NCBI GenBank assembly: GCA_025359845.1
Contig: JANYDT010000056.1
Coordinates: 1-57,403 of the forward strand
From: Acidimicrobiia bacterium
GTDB taxonomy: Bacteria; Actinomycetota; Acidimicrobiia; Acidimicrobiales; JANYDT01
Length of the DNA: 57,403 bases
Reading direction: 5' to 3'
Shown: positions 28,244 through 41,188 of the stretch, piece after piece
Numbering within the stretch: position 1 is the stretch's first letter
How the letters are laid out: the number at the start of each line of letters is the position of its first letter
Translations under genes and position numbers: made by a program
The notes under the pieces: model-generated
The model's database searches: none
What the model was told of the DNA's origin: nothing
What the model saw: only the letters and a program-made list of their open reading frames with translations

Positions 28244-30971
28244 TCACGACGTGACCATTTCCAGGTTCGCCAACTCGGTCAGGCTCGGTGTCGCGGTGCG
28301 ATGTGCCCAAATAGCCTCGACCACGGCCGGATTGGCGCAGATCTGGTTCGGCGTCCCATGACCGATGAGCGTACCGAAATTCAGTGCGTACACTCGGTCA
28401 CGGGTGCGCAGCACCATGTCGACATTGTGCTCAATCAGGAGCACCCCGACACCGCGCTCCGCGGTGAGCTGACGGATCATCTCGCCGAGACGACGCGACT
28501 GCGACTCGTCGAGACCCGAGGCCGGTTCGTCGAGCAGTAGCAGCGGCTGTCCTCCAGCTACTGCTCTGGCCACCGCCAACATGCGCCGCTGCGCGTACGG
28601 AAGTTCGTGGACGGTCTTGTCGAGGTCATCCTGCAGCCCGAAGTCGATGACGGCGGCGCTCGCCGCGGGACTGAGTTTGGCCTGCCCCGGAACGACGAAA
28701 TCGGTCACGTAGGCCACCAGGTCACGCGGGTCATCGGCAGCCCGAATGTTCTCGAGCACGGTTAGGTCGTCGAACAGCTCGAGGGTCTGAAAGGATCGGG
28801 TGACGCCGGCGCGAGCCCGGCGCTCCCGTTTCCATCCGTCGATTGGAGATCCGTCGAGAAGGACCTCGCCCGAGGCGGGTGTGACGAACCCGGTGATCGC
28901 GTCAATGGCGGTGCTCTTGCCGGCCCCATTCGGTCCGATGAGTCCCACGACTTCGCCCGTGTGGACGGTGAGCGAAAAGTCGTTGAGGGCTACCGTGCCG
29001 CCGAAACGAACGGTTACGTCGCGGACTTCGAGGGTCGCGGGCGCGACTTTGGCGAGAGGCACGGAGGATTCGTCGGTCAGCACGTGCACCGGCTTGCGGC
29101 GACTCGGAAAGCGGCGCCGCAGTCGTCCCAGCCACCACTCGTTGTGACGCCTCGTCAAGATGGCCAGACCATCGGGCGCATGGGTGAGCATGAACAACAG
29201 ACCGATGCTGGTGGCCATGGCAATATAAAGAGCGACTTTCCCTCCGAGAAACGAAAAGATGGTCGTGCCCAGTGTGCCGGGCTGAAAGCCGCTGGCCACC
29301 AGCGGACCCCCGAGCGTCCCGACACCGCCAAAAACGGCGTTCTGCAGGAGCAGAATGGAACTTCCGCCATTGAACTCCGCGAAGTTCAACAGGGGGAGGC
29401 GAAAGACGAGCAGAACACCGCCGAGGCCGGCGATAATGCCACCTACAACAAAGGCGTAGAGTTTGGCGCCAACGATCGACACACCCAGGGCGGCCGCGGC
29501 CCGTTCGTTGGTGCGCACGGTGATGAGTCGCCGGCCCACGCGGCCGCGACGGATGTTGGCCAACCCCAGACCGACGACTATCAATACAATGAGCGTCAAC
29601 GTTGCGTAGCGCTCGGGAAAGTCGATGCTGTTGACCCGAATACCGAAGAACGTCGGGTCGTTGGCCTTGTAGGCCAGAATTCCCCCATTGAACCTAGAGC
29701 TGGCGAACACCACCGAGTCGACCGAGATAGCGAAACCCAGTGTGACGATGGCGAGGTTTACTCCCCGCGTTCGCATACCGGCTAATCCGATCACCACCCC
29801 AGCGGGAATCGTAGCCGCCACCCGCCGCCATTGCCGCCGGAAATGGCCAGCCGTGGCGTGCGTACAAATAGGCGGCCACGATCGCGGCCACTCCCGCGAA
29901 TCCCATCTGGGCCAGTGAGAGTTGCCCAGCAAACCCGGTGACGATTACGAACGACATGAGGATGACGGCGAACAGCAGCTGGATCACCACCGCGTCGATC
30001 CACTTCACCGAGAAGAACTGCCAGAGGCGAGTTGTACGACAACGACGCCGAACACGATGAGGCCCGGAGCGATACGGCCCGTACCGAGGCGGGGCATTCG
30101 GCCGAATCGCTCGTCTTTGCCGGCGACGCTGCGGCCTCTGAGAATGAGGATGATGGTGACGAAGACGAACGGCACCGCCGTAGGCCAACCGGGGGCCTCA
30201 ACGTACCGCGTGACCTCCGACTGTGCGATGCCGATGGCCAAGCCCGCCAACGTCGTGATTGGGAACGAAGAGAATCCGCCGACCACTGCGGCGGGAGCAC
30301 AGGAATGACAAGGAAGATGAGAAGGCCGGCGCCGAGCCCCGTAATGGGGACCAAAAGAATGAGGGCCAGCGCCGCGAGTGCGCCACCTATGGCCCAGTTC
30401 GCCGCCGCGATCACGTTGGGCGAGACGGCGAGCGCCGCGGCCGCGCGCGGGTTCTCGGCGACTGCGGCGGTCGCGACCCCGAAAGGGGTGAATTTGTAGA
30501 TGGCCCACAGAGCCAATGTGAGAGCCAGCACGAGAATCAAGATCCACACGCGGTCCTCGCCGACCGACGCCCGAAGATGGTCACGCGGTTCGTGGGCAAC
30601 ATCGACGGCACCAGGCGGGTGAGCGGCCCGTAAATGAGCGACGCCGCGGCCGCCAAGACCAATAGGAACGCGAGCGTGGCAATGATCTTCGCGAGGTCGG
30701 ACGCCTCGCGCATGCGGCGCATGATCGTTACGTGAAAGCCGGCGCTCAGTGCCGCGGAGACGGCCACGCCTGCGAACAAGGCCACAGCCGTGGGCAGTCC
30801 ATGACGGACGCGTACCTCGTAGTAGGTGTACGCGCCCACCATTCCCATCGCAGTTTGCGCGAAATTGACCACGCCCGAACCGCGGTACACCAAGACCAGC
30901 CCGATGGCCGCGAGCGCGTACAGTCCACCCGCTCCCAGACCAAGGAGGGCAAAGCGGAAGGCTTCGGCCAT
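28244..30971 (-). pseudogene. Fused branched-chain amino acid ABC permease-permease-ATPase, about 5 frameshifts
   Basis: Segments homologous to the intact 41189-43894 paralog alternate between frames, with breaks near 30570, 30295, 30030, 29822 and 28312. Confidence 0.88.
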
Positions 30972-30985
30972 CGGGGAGTCTTAGG

Positions 30986-32257
30986 TCAGTTTCCGGGCAG
31001 GGCGACGGAGTAGTCGAAGAACTCACCGGAACGACGGGGCAATCCGTCCTTGATGACATACATGAGTGACTTGGCGTTGACGAGACGCTTGTAGGCGGCG
31101 CTCTTCTGACCGCTCAACGACACAGTCATGACGCCGTCGAGGTCGAGGTTTTGCAGCCCGTTGAGCCCGACGAGCAGCGACGCGGCCGTCACCGGTCCCT
31201 TTACGGTCGGCACGGCGTTGGCCACGAGACGCCCGGCGGCCCACGAGATGACCGCCTGCTGAGTGAGCAGCGCGCTGCCATCGAACGGCGCCATATCGGC
31301 CTTGATCTTGCTCAGGATGGGGGATACATCATCGGCGTTGGACTGGGCGGCGAAGACCAGTGCCCCTTCCGACAGCCTTCCAAGGGCCTTGATGATCGGC
31401 GCCGGGAAGATGGCGTCGACTCCCCCGACCTTAACTTTCACTCCGGTCTGGCTGATGGCAATTATGGCCTGAGGTACTTGCGGCGGCGTAACGCTGAGGG
31501 CGATGCAGTTCACTCCGGCACCCGTAAGCTTGGCGATGGCGGGTGAGACGTCAGGTGCGTTAGCCGCAATCGCGGCCTTGCTGACGACGCTTCCTCCGGC
31601 TGCTTTGGCCCCATTGTTGATCGCGTCGACGAGCTGATCGGAGCCGTCAAGGTAGAGCACCCCTAACGAGACGCAGCCCGCTTTGATGAATCAGAAGCCC
31701 ATGCCGGTGTACGCCGCGACTCCGTTGGCCAACGAGAACGACGTCGCGCCAATCATTTCTGTTTGCCCCAGATAGGGGATGGCGGCTTTCGTCAAGATGG
31801 CGGCGTCAGGCGAGCCCAGCGAGAAGGCCTGAACGACCGCCGCGACCTTTTGGGACACTGCGTCGCGGGCACAGCCTTGCCAGGCGTTCGGATCGCCTTT
31901 GGAATCACAGCCAACGACCTTGGCGTTGGCGACATCCTTCAACGAGGCTTTCACGGCCGCTACTGCTTCTTTGACGGTGAAGGCGATCGTGCTCGTGAAG
32001 TCGCCGATGACCATCACGGTAAACGGCTCGTTCGAGGCACCGGTGGCCGCCGGGGCGGTCGTGGCTGGGGTGGTTGCGGATGTCGCTGTGGTCGCCGATG
32101 TCGCTGTGGTGGCCTTGGTAGTGGCGGCCGCCTTGGTGGTCGCAGGCTTCGGTTTCGCTTTCCCCTTGGCCTTGGTGGCACCGCCGGCGGGCATCATCGT
32201 CATCGTGGTGGCGACACCGAGCGCCAGTGCGATGGCGAGCGTTTTTCTGAGTTGCAT
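30986..32257 (-). pseudogene. ABC transporter substrate-binding protein (LivJ/K-like) with in-frame TGA at 31691-31693
   Basis: Signal peptide, Thr/Ala-rich linker, CDSKGDPN..CAR. The frame continues after the stop (GF*FIKAGCVSLGVLYLD). Confidence 0.8.
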
Positions 32258-32434
32258 TGCGTTCCCGCTAGTGATGGTCTGTCACCGATGTTGACGACAG
32301 TGTCAAGACGCTATCGGGCTGCCGATGGCACGAGCAAAACGGCGTTGAAGTGGGTGTGGAACAACTCGCCTTGGACGAGGTCTCGGCTCGACTTCGGGCC
32401 GCGAATCAACCACAATGCAGCGGTGTCAACAACG

Positions 32435-33181
32435 ATGAACTCGATTGACAACGCCAACGGAGAGGCCAGCGCTGCGCCGCGGCCGGCCCCGGCCATCGAG
32501 GCTCGTAAGCTTTCGGTCGGCTATGGCCCGATCCCCGTGCTCCGAGAGATCGATTTCACGGTGTCGCCGGGCGAAGTCGTGGCCTTGCTCGGCGTGAACG
32601 GCGCCGGCAAGACCACCACGGTGCGGGCGCTGGCGGGAGAACTCAAACCGACCTCGGGTGAGGTGTGGCTCAACGGTCGGGTATGCACGGCACCGCTGCA
32701 CCGTCGGGCCAAAGACGGACTGCGACTGATCCCTGAAGAGCGGTCGGTGTTCATGACGCTCAGCACTGCTGACGATCTGCGTCTCGGGGGCCAAAGCCAG
32801 AGCCGTTGCCTGGAACTGTTTCCCGAGTTGGAGAAGTTGCTGCCGCGCAAAGCAGGACTTCTCTCGGGCGGCGAGAAGCAAATGCTTACCTTGGCCCGAG
32901 CCCTCGCCTCCGACCCCGTGGTACTGCTGGTCGACGAACTCTCGCTCGGATTGGCGCCGCTGGTCTTCGAGAGACTGCTGCTCGCGGTGCGCGCCGCCGC
33001 CGATCGGGGCGCGGCGATTTTGTTGGTGGAGCAGCACATCCGCCAGGCCCTCGAGGTGGCCGATCGGGCGTACGTGCTGAGCCGAGGCCAGGTCGCCCTC
33101 GAAGGCCCAGGCCAGGAGATGCTCGGACGGATCGACGAGATCGAGCAGACCTACCTGGCGGTCGCCGAACTGGAAAAATAG
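32435..33181 (+). CDS. Branched-chain amino acid ABC transporter ATP-binding protein (LivF-like)
   Basis: GVNGAGKTT, LFPEL, LSGGEKQML.LARAL, VDELSLGLAP, LLVEQH. Confidence 0.92.
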   Translation: MNSIDNANGEASAAPRPAPAIEARKLSVGYGPIPVLREIDFTVSPGEVVALLGVNGAGKTTTVRALAGELKPTSGEVWLNGRVCTAPLHRRAKDGLRLIPEERSVFMTLSTADDLRLGGQSQSRCLELFPELEKLLPRKAGLLSGGEKQMLTLARALASDPVVLLVDELSLGLAPLVFERLLLAVRAAADRGAAILLVEQHIRQALEVADRAYVLSRGQVALEGPGQEMLGRIDEIEQTYLAVAELEK

Positions 33182-33186
33182 TCACG

Positions 33187-34950
33187 CTATCCGGCGCGGA
33201 CGAGCGCGATGAGGTGGTCGACAGCTTCGGCGAGGGGCACTTCGACGCGGTCGCCGCTGGCGCGGTCCCGGACCTCGATGACTCCGTCGACCACGTTCTT
33301 ACCGACCACCACGATGGTCGGTATGCCTAGGAGTTCGGCATCCTTGAATTTGACTCCGGGTGACACAGCCCAGCGATCGTCTAACAGCACTTCGATGCCC
33401 GCCGCGTCCACTCCATCGGCGATCCGGGTGGCCTCGTTGAGAGCCGTCAGGTCTTTGCCGGTAGCGACGATGTGGACCTGGGCTGGGGCCACGGCCCGAG
33501 GCCAGCAGAGCCCGAGCGAATCGTGGGATTGTTCGGCTATGGCGGCCACGGCCCGCGATACGCCGATGCCGTAGGAACCCATGGTGACGGTCTGCTTCTT
33601 GCCGTTCTGGTCGAGCACCTGCAACCCCAAGGCGTCGGCGTATTTGCGGCCGAGCTGGAAGATGTGGCCCATCTCGAGGCCCTTCTCTATTCGTAGGCCA
33701 CTTCTACATTTCGGACAAACGTCGTCGGTTCGCACCTCGGCCGCCTCGATAGTGCCGTCGGCGGTGAAGTCGCGACCGGCCACGAGATCGATTACGTGGT
33801 AGCCCTGCTTGTCGGCGCCGGTTATCCACCGGGTGCCGTCGACGACGCGCGGGTCGAGCAGATAGCGGACGCCCGCAGCCTTGTCAGACCCGAGCGAACC
33901 GGGCCCGATGTAGCCCTTAACGAGCATTGGGTTCAGGGCGAAGTGCGCCTCTCCAAAGGGCTCGATCAGTGCGGGGGCGAGCTGGGCCTCGAGACGCTTC
34001 ATGTCGACCTCGCGGTCACCGGGCAAACCGATGGCGAGGGGGGCGACAGTACCGTCGGGCGAGCGCACGTTGACTATGACGTTCTTCAGCGTGTCGGCCG
34101 CGTTCCAAAGCCGATCGGCTCGGGGGAAGCGTTCGTTGACAACCGCCACAAGCGTGTCGATGGTGGGAGTTTCGGGTGTGCTTTCGACCCGGGCCGGTGG
34201 CGCATCAACCCAATCGATCGCCGTCGGTACAACCGTTACGACAGCCTCCACGTTGGCCGCGTAGGCGCACGACTGACACTGGATGAACGTGTCCTCGCCG
34301 ACGGCGCACGGGTTGATGAACTCCTCGCTGGCCGAGCCGCCCATCGCCCCTGACGTCGCCGCGACGATCACGATCTCGAGACCGAGGCGGGCGAACGTTT
34401 CGATGTAGACCTCGCGATGCAGCGCGTAGCTGGCGGCCAGTCCGGCGTCGTCGATGTCGAAGGAATAGGAGTCCTTCATGAGGAACTCGCGACCGCGCAG
34501 AATCCCGGCCCGGGGTCGGGGCTCATCTCGATATTTGGTTTGGATCTGGAACAAAACCAGCGGCAAATCTTTGTACGACGAGTAGAGATCTTTCACCATG
34601 AGGGTGAACATTTCCTCATGCGTCGGGCCGAGCAGATAGTCGTTGTCTCGGCGGTCCGTCAGTCGGAACAGATCGTCGCCGTAGTCGGTCCAGCGGCCGC
34701 TGCGCTCATACGGCTCGCGGGGCAGCAACCCGGGGAAGCGGACCTCCTGGAAGCCGGCCTTCTCCATCTGGTCGCGTACGATGTTCTCGACGTTGCGCAA
34801 CACCTTGAGGCCGAGCGGCAGCCACGAGTAGATGCCCGGGGCGGCCCGTCGGACATAGCCGGCGCGCACCAGAAGCTTGTGGCTCGGTACTTCGGCGTCG
34901 GCGGGATCATCGCGCAGGGTCCGAATGAACGCCGTGGAGAGCTTCAGCAT
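33187..34950 (-). CDS. proS: Proline--tRNA ligase (with INS editing domain)
   Basis: [63 protein letters not shown]. Confidence 0.98.
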   Translation of the reverse strand: MLKLSTAFIRTLRDDPADAEVPSHKLLVRAGYVRRAAPGIYSWLPLGLKVLRNVENIVRDQMEKAGFQEVRFPGLLPREPYERSGRWTDYGDDLFRLTDRRDNDYLLGPTHEEMFTLMVKDLYSSYKDLPLVLFQIQTKYRDEPRPRAGILRGREFLMKDSYSFDIDDAGLAASYALHREVYIETFARLGLEIVIVAATSGAMGGSASEEFINPCAVGEDTFIQCQSCAYAANVEAVVTVVPTAIDWVDAPPARVESTPETPTIDTLVAVVNERFPRADRLWNAADTLKNVIVNVRSPDGTVAPLAIGLPGDREVDMKRLEAQLAPALIEPFGEAHFALNPMLVKGYIGPGSLGSDKAAGVRYLLDPRVVDGTRWITGADKQGYHVIDLVAGRDFTADGTIEAAEVRTDDVCPKCRSGLRIEKGLEMGHIFQLGRKYADALGLQVLDQNGKKQTVTMGSYGIGVSRAVAAIAEQSHDSLGLCWPRAVAPAQVHIVATGKDLTALNEATRIADGVDAAGIEVLLDDRWAVSPGVKFKDAELLGIPTIVVVGKNVVDGVIEVRDRASGDRVEVPLAEAVDHLIALVRAG

Positions 34951-35024
34951 GGCCAGCGAGGTTACCGGTCGTCGGGGTGCCAGTGTGTAAAGTTTGCGCG
35001 GCCGACAACCGAGGGGACGATCGT

Positions 35025-36659
35025 ATGGAGATCGACAAAGACGTGTACGTCGCTATGCGCGATGGCGTGCATTTGGCCGTCGACTTGTACCGCCCGAAAA
35101 TACTCACACATCACGCCGCCGTGCTGTTGGTGACTCCATATTGCAAGGACGCCCGTTTCGCGATGCCGCTGGGGTGGGACGGCCGCCAGGTACCCCTGCC
35201 GATGCCGCCCATGCCGGCCGGGTTCAACCCGATGCTGATGTCGGTGAAGCCCCTCGTCGACGCCGGATTCGTCGTGGTGGTGGCCGACGCTCGTGGCACC
35301 GGCTTCTCGGAAGGCGAGTTCGACTACTACAACCTCGAAGGCGGCCCGTTCGACGGCTACGACATGGTCGAGTGGATCGCCGAGCAAACCTGGTGCGATG
35401 GCAACGTAGCCATCATGGGCGGCTCCGCGGCAGCCATCTCGTGCTATCTCACCGCGCTCACGCAACCCCCGCACCTCAAGGCCATGGCGCCCAACATGCA
35501 TCCGGGTGACTTCTACTTCGATCAGTGGCGAATTGGTGGCGTCTTTCGGCTCGATAACCGAATCGGGTGGGCGAAAGCAATGTACGCCAACATCACCCCC
35601 ATCGACCCCGGCGACCGGGCGGCGCCGAGCTACGAGCGCAAGCGCGCCGTGTACGAAGCCCGCACGGAGCAGTCCTCTCGGCGCCTTAGTGCCGGCCAGA
35701 ACATCGCCAACCTTGACTGGCTCACGGAGATGTACAAGCACGCCGAGTACGACGAATTCTGGAAGAGTCGCAGCGTCATCGCTCGGGCCGACGAGATCAC
35801 GATCCCCCCGCTGCACGGCGGCGTCTGGTTCGACCACTTCATCCGTGGCACCCTCACCAGCCACGGCGCCATCGCCGTCCCCAAGCGGCTCTTCGTGGGG
35901 CCGGGCAGTCTGATCACCCGGTTCGACCTCGGTGATGGCGGACTGACCGCGTTGACAGTGGCCTGGTTCGATCATTTCCTGCGGGGCGCCGACAACGGCG
36001 TCATGGATGGTCCCGCGGCCCGGCTGTACCTGCTCGGCGCCGAGCAATACGTTGACGAGCCGGTATGGCCGGTGCGCACGGAGGCGTGGGAGCTGTTTCT
36101 GGCGCCTGGCGCGAGCGGGTCAGCCGAATCGATCAACGACGGGGTGTTGGCCGTGGAGGTTGCAACCCCCGGCCGGGTGTCGATGCGCCACGACCCCAAC
36201 GCACCCGTGCGCACCTGCGCCGATCCTGGCGACCAACGCCCCTTCGAGCGAGGATGCCTCACGTTCACGACTGCGCCGCTGGAGACCGACGTCGAGGTGA
36301 TCGGAGCGCCCCGCCTGGTGTTGTACGCAACCACCGACGCCAGCGATGTCGACTTTTGCGTGCGGTTGTGTGACGTGTTCGAAGATGGTCGTTCGCGGTT
36401 GCTGAATGTCGGTGCCCTGAAAGGCTCGCACGTGGCCTCGCATGAGCACCCGACACCGCTCGAAACTGGCGCGACCTACTGCTTCGACATCGAAATCTGG
36501 GCGACCGCCAATCGGTTCGCCAAGGGCCACCGGATCCGAGTCGATGTCGCCGCCAGCGATTACCCGTTCTTCGAGGCGAACCCGTGGCCCAGTACCACGG
36601 AGATCATCTTCGACGAGCAGCACCGCTCGCGACTCGTGCTTCCTGTCGTGCGCCGCTGA
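35025..36659 (+). CDS. CocE/NonD family hydrolase
   Basis: [30 protein letters not shown]...G.S; C-terminal [10 protein letters not shown]. Confidence 0.9.
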   Translation: MEIDKDVYVAMRDGVHLAVDLYRPKILTHHAAVLLVTPYCKDARFAMPLGWDGRQVPLPMPPMPAGFNPMLMSVKPLVDAGFVVVVADARGTGFSEGEFDYYNLEGGPFDGYDMVEWIAEQTWCDGNVAIMGGSAAAISCYLTALTQPPHLKAMAPNMHPGDFYFDQWRIGGVFRLDNRIGWAKAMYANITPIDPGDRAAPSYERKRAVYEARTEQSSRRLSAGQNIANLDWLTEMYKHAEYDEFWKSRSVIARADEITIPPLHGGVWFDHFIRGTLTSHGAIAVPKRLFVGPGSLITRFDLGDGGLTALTVAWFDHFLRGADNGVMDGPAARLYLLGAEQYVDEPVWPVRTEAWELFLAPGASGSAESINDGVLAVEVATPGRVSMRHDPNAPVRTCADPGDQRPFERGCLTFTTAPLETDVEVIGAPRLVLYATTDASDVDFCVRLCDVFEDGRSRLLNVGALKGSHVASHEHPTPLETGATYCFDIEIWATANRFAKGHRIRVDVAASDYPFFEANPWPSTTEIIFDEQHRSRLVLPVVRR

Positions 36660-36725
36660 GCCGGGCGGGCCGGGGCCGTGCCGACCGGTGATCAGCGCAC
36701 GACGCCAGGCCGTCCCGACAGCGGC

Positions 36726-37424
36726 TCAGCGCACGACCACACGCGCCCGGGAGAGGTTCTCAATGAGACAGTTCGTGGCCGCGACGTCTCCGGTACGGTG
36801 CGAGGTCACTCGGGCCGTCACGAAGTACGTGCCCGGTGATTCGTAGCTGTGGGAGGTCGACCGCGTAAGTTCGGACTGGGTTCCGTCGACATCGTGACTG
36901 AACGGGTAAGTACCCGAGCCGTCGAAGTCCCATGCGACCGCCACGATCTGGCCGGCGCCGGAAGGGACTTTGGCATGGACCGATAGCTCGACCGGTTGTC
37001 CGGTTGACACCTCGGCGCGGACCACGCGGTTGGCCGTGGCCCGCACGATCGGTTGGATGCCGCCCCGCTCGGCTGCCGTCGCGGGCAGCGTGACCTTTCC
37101 GTCGCGGAACGTATAGCTCGTGCCGGCGGGCACTACTGCGTCTTCAACCCAGGCCACCAGGTCACGCAGGCTCTGCTCGATCATGCCCCGGAAGTTGATG
37201 AGCAAAGTGTTACTGGCCCGGCCCGGCTTCGACGGAACCATCATCGCCGGCCCGTGTTCGGCGTTCTCGGTCCACCGGAGCCGGAACCGTTGGTCCGCAC
37301 CGTCGGCGCCTTGGGCCCCGAGAACGGCGCTCTCGTAAATCACTCCCTGGCGCGGCCACAGCGACGAGTCGTGGGTGTGATGGAGCCAGATGAGCTTGCC
37401 CTCATAGCGACCGGAGTACGCCTG
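36726..37424 (-). pseudogene. 3' remnant of a hydrolase-like protein with C-terminal PKD-like domain
   Basis: The frame is open from the junction near 37425 (AYSGRYEGKLIWLHHTHDSSLWP..RFRLRWTENAEH); WDFDGSG..HSYESPGTYFV PKD-like end; no N-terminus. Confidence 0.7.
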
Positions 37425-38721
37425 ACCGAATGATCATGTCTTTGATCCGTCCCGTGATGGCGGTGAACCCGTCGGCGTCCATGGTCGCGATGTCGCCAGT
37501 GTGCAACCATCCGTCGGAGTCGATGGCCACGGCGGTGGCCTCGGGCAGGTTGTAATAGCCCTTCATGACGCCCCAACCGCGGACGCACAGCTCGCCCGCT
37601 TCGCCGATCGCCATTGGGCTGCCTTGTTCGTCGGCGATCTTCGTTTCCCAGTGCAACAACGGCACGCCGAGCGTCTGCCCCTTCTGTTGCGTTGTCGAGT
37701 CGAGCCGGGTCATGAAGATCACCGAGCTCGACTCGGTCTGGCCCATCACCATGTTGTAAGTGACGTTGAACTCCGACTCGATACGCCGCACCAGGTCAGG
37801 CCGCACCGTGGTCGCCCAGGAGAACAGCCGAAGCGACGAGGTATCGCGTGTCGCAAAGTCGCGATGCTCCAGCAATGCGATGATCATCGTGGGCACACCG
37901 ATGGCATAGGAGGGCCGTTCCTCTTCGATCAAACGCAGCATGAGCGCCGGATCGAATTCGCGCATCACGATCAACGTGCCTGACGACGCCATCGCGCCGA
38001 GTGTGCCCATTACACACCCTCCAGTGTGAAAAAGGGGAAGAGGATTCAACCAAATATAGCCGGCTTGGCGCTCAATGCGCTCGGCAATGAACCGGCCGGC
38101 GTTGACGAGACCGTAGTGATGAAGCACCGCCCCTTTTGGAGCGCCCATCGTGCCTGACGTGTACTGAATCATCCCGGAATCCTGGGCGTTGAGCGCTGGA
38201 AGCGCTTGTCGTTTGCGGATGACGGCGCGAGCGCAGAAGCCAACCCAATCGTCGAGGCGAATGACCTCCCGGACACTCGGAAGCTCATCATGCAATGACT
38301 CGACCATGGTCACGAGGTCCTGCCCTCGATGGCGGTCGGCCGCGATCACGCCGACCGAGTCGGACTGGCCGAGCACATGGCGGACCTCGACCGGTCGCAG
38401 CACCGGGTTCACGGTCACCAGCACCAGGCCGGCTAGTGCCGCGCCGAGCTGGACGAAGGTCCATTCGGGCGAATTCGGACCGAAGATCGCCACATGCTCG
38501 CCGGGCCGAAAGACGCTCAACAGCGCCGCCGCCGCGATCTCGGCCTGCTCGAGAAGCTCCTGGTACGTCCATCGTCCACGGGTCGCAAAGTCGCCGGCGC
38601 CGTCAATGAGGGCGACAACATCTGGCGACTGTTCTGCCGTTCGTCGCAGAAGCTGGCCCACGGTGACGTCGAGCAACTCTTTGGTCGTAACCGCGGCGAT
38701 GTGGGACCTCTCGTAGGTCAT
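37402..38721 (-). pseudogene. AMP-binding acyl-CoA synthetase truncated at the C-terminus
   Basis: IQYTSGTMGAPKG, GQTE, GWLHTGD, GRIKDMIIR, then diverges where GGENI and the C-terminal domain are expected. Confidence 0.85.
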
Positions 38722-39098
38722 GGTTCCGGTTTGTCGCGTCGGGTGCTCACGGTTTGAGCCGCCAGCTGGTCGGCGACCACTCGCTTTGGCACGGCAAGGG
38801 CCCACGCGTCGAACACCAGGTCGGGCAACTCCGAGGCCTTCAACACTGCGGTGTCGGCAACCACCCAGTTGTAGCGAAGATCGCTTGGCTGCGGAAGCTG
38901 AAACTTGATCGGATCGCCGGCGATCAACGAATCGCGCTCCACTTTCGGAAAGGCGAGTCCCATCAAGCGTTCGTCCCGAGAGAACGCCAGCCACACGATC
39001 CGGCCAACGCGAAACTTGATGCGATCACGCACGAGCACTTCATAGGCCCGCGGCAACGCGAGCGCGAGAAGACGGACATCGTCAACAGTGATCATCAA
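38718..39098 (-). CDS. MmcQ/YjbR family protein
   Basis: TVDDVRLLALALPRAYE..KFRVG..L.DAW..AVPKR; ATGA overlap with the next gene. Confidence 0.8.
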   Translation of the reverse strand: MMITVDDVRLLALALPRAYEVLVRDRIKFRVGRIVWLAFSRDERLMGLAFPKVERDSLIAGDPIKFQLPQPSDLRYNWVVADTAVLKASELPDLVFDAWALAVPKRVVADQLAAQTVSTRRDKPEP

Positions 39099-39294
39099 CC
39101 ACCCGGTCCTAAACCAGCCAATCCATCTCGTCCTGCGAATGCCGTTCCGACGAGTGTCGCGTCAAGCGCCGTCACCGCCTCCGCCCGAAACGACAATACC
39201 CGCTGCCTCGAACCCAGCAATGCTCACGGCATAAGTGTCGCAGGCCTCGAGGCGGCGGCTCAAGGCGGCCGCCCAACGCGTCGATAATTACGGG

Positions 39295-41022
39295 GTGCCG
39301 GGTCGCCGTCGCTCTCGTTTCGCGTTGGCCGCCGCCGTGCTCGTCGGCGCACTTGGCGCGTCGTTCGTAAGTGTCGCAGGACCGCCGCTGGTGGCGCGGG
39401 CGGCGTCGGCCGATTCGTCGGTCGATTACGCCACCGAGGCATTCGGCGATCCCTGGGACTACAACAACGCGCAGGACCAGATCCTAAGCACCGAAGGCCC
39501 CATGTTCGGCGCCACCGATGCGTCCATCGACGGTGGACAGCTGCATTTCACGATGGCCGGTCCGGGGTTCTTCGATCCGCTGTACGGCGGCTACCCGGGC
39601 GCGCTCATGCACGATCGCGACGGCGTGGCCCATCCCATCGACGCGTCTCGGTTCGGCCGGATCCTGTTCCGGATGAACGCTTCGGCCGAGGTCCCGGGCG
39701 GTATTCGTTGGCACACATGCTTGGCTCAAAATGATGCCTGCCAAGGCGGGTTCGGCTTCGTAACCGTGCCCGGGTGGCACACGTACGATTTCGCGTTGGT
39801 GGCGAGTGCGGCGCCAAATCTCAAGGCGCCATGGATTGGCGACGTCGTGGCGCTGCGCGTTGCGTTCTCACCGTCGGCGCCCTCCCATTTCGACGTGGAT
39901 TGGCTGCGGGTCGTACCGGTCGACGCCCGTATCGACGGTCCCTATGACGGCCCCGTCCCTGTCATCGATCAGCCCGACCAGACCGGAGGGACTGACTACG
40001 CTACCGTAGCCCGCCACGGCGACGCGTGGGACTTCAGCGAAGCCAGCGACGTCCTACGTAGCGACAACGTCGTCGGAAGCGTCCACGACGGGGTCTATGA
40101 CGGTACCAACTCCGGCCCCGTCGTCAACGATCCGAGCGTCGGGCTTAGGCTCGCCACGACCTTTTCGGGCGACCAGTTTCACCGGGCGACCGTCAGCTTG
40201 ACCTACGACGGACCGTTCAGTCTTGCGGACCGAGAAGGCGGCGGGATGGCGGCGCGACTGCTGTGGCGCATTGCCAACACGTCGCTCACGCACGACGGCT
40301 CCGATCTCCAGCACTCCGAATTCATCGCGTTGTACCCGAACGCGAAATCCTTCACGGTCGACCTGGCCACGAGTCCGTCGGCCGCCATCACCGACGAAGG
40401 CCAGCGCGGGCCTCGGATCGGATGGGCCGGGCAGATGATCGAGATGTTGCGCATCGATCCGAACGAAGACCGCGGCACCCGTCACTGGCGCATCGACGAC
40501 GTGAAGTTGGCCGACGACGACGCCACCGATCGGTCGGGCACTTTCGACATCGTGTGGCACGACGACGCATGGCGGCCCGACACGGTGGCCGACCTCGGGT
40601 TCGACACCGACGCGCGGGGCTTCGACGCAACGCCCATAGCCAGTGGCCTCCACGTCGTGGACGGGCCGAACCATTTCCTCTGGACACCGCCTCCAGGTCT
40701 TTGGGGGCCGGTGTATATCGTCGTTCGTCATTCCCGCGATGGCCAAGTGGCCCGCCGCTACTCGACCGGACCGGTCCGGGTCGACGGCCCCAATGTCGGC
40801 CCCTCTTTCCGATTCGGACCCGCAGTTGGCGGTCCGTCGAGCCAAGCGGGTCATGCTGATGTCAACCAGCCATCAGCTCGCCGTGCCACTTCCAAATCCG
40901 GCGGCGAAGCCGTCAAGACGCCAGGCATGGGAGCGGGCCCCGGGCTCCTCGCGTTGGTTGCGCCAACGCGCACGAAGCGGGCCAACACCGATTCGGGCAA
41001 GCCTCGCAGTAAGACCGGGTAG
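39295..41022 (+). CDS. Secreted hypothetical protein with an internally duplicated beta-rich domain
   Basis: RRR + hydrophobic signal + ARA; repeats DYATEAFGDPWDY and DYATVARHGDAWDF. Confidence 0.7.
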   Translation: MPGRRRSRFALAAAVLVGALGASFVSVAGPPLVARAASADSSVDYATEAFGDPWDYNNAQDQILSTEGPMFGATDASIDGGQLHFTMAGPGFFDPLYGGYPGALMHDRDGVAHPIDASRFGRILFRMNASAEVPGGIRWHTCLAQNDACQGGFGFVTVPGWHTYDFALVASAAPNLKAPWIGDVVALRVAFSPSAPSHFDVDWLRVVPVDARIDGPYDGPVPVIDQPDQTGGTDYATVARHGDAWDFSEASDVLRSDNVVGSVHDGVYDGTNSGPVVNDPSVGLRLATTFSGDQFHRATVSLTYDGPFSLADREGGGMAARLLWRIANTSLTHDGSDLQHSEFIALYPNAKSFTVDLATSPSAAITDEGQRGPRIGWAGQMIEMLRIDPNEDRGTRHWRIDDVKLADDDATDRSGTFDIVWHDDAWRPDTVADLGFDTDARGFDATPIASGLHVVDGPNHFLWTPPPGLWGPVYIVVRHSRDGQVARRYSTGPVRVDGPNVGPSFRFGPAVGGPSSQAGHADVNQPSARRATSKSGGEAVKTPGMGAGPGLLALVAPTRTKRANTDSGKPRSKTG

Positions 41023-41188
41023 CGGCGCGCTCCAGCACGCGCCATCGGGCGCCGGTCAACACCGTTTAGCGTGGGTGACTGGTTTCAGGAAGTGAGCCCC
41101 AAGTCGGGCTTCAACCTCGTTGAACTCATGCCATGATCAACGGTCGTGGTGTTGGGTTACGGACGGGCCCGCCGTCCCATGAGGTCAT

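Noticed and set aside
31691-31693. In-frame TGA as a selenocysteine or read-through codon
   Set aside because: Not a redox-active position, no evident SECIS hairpin, and the partner permease gene is heavily decayed.
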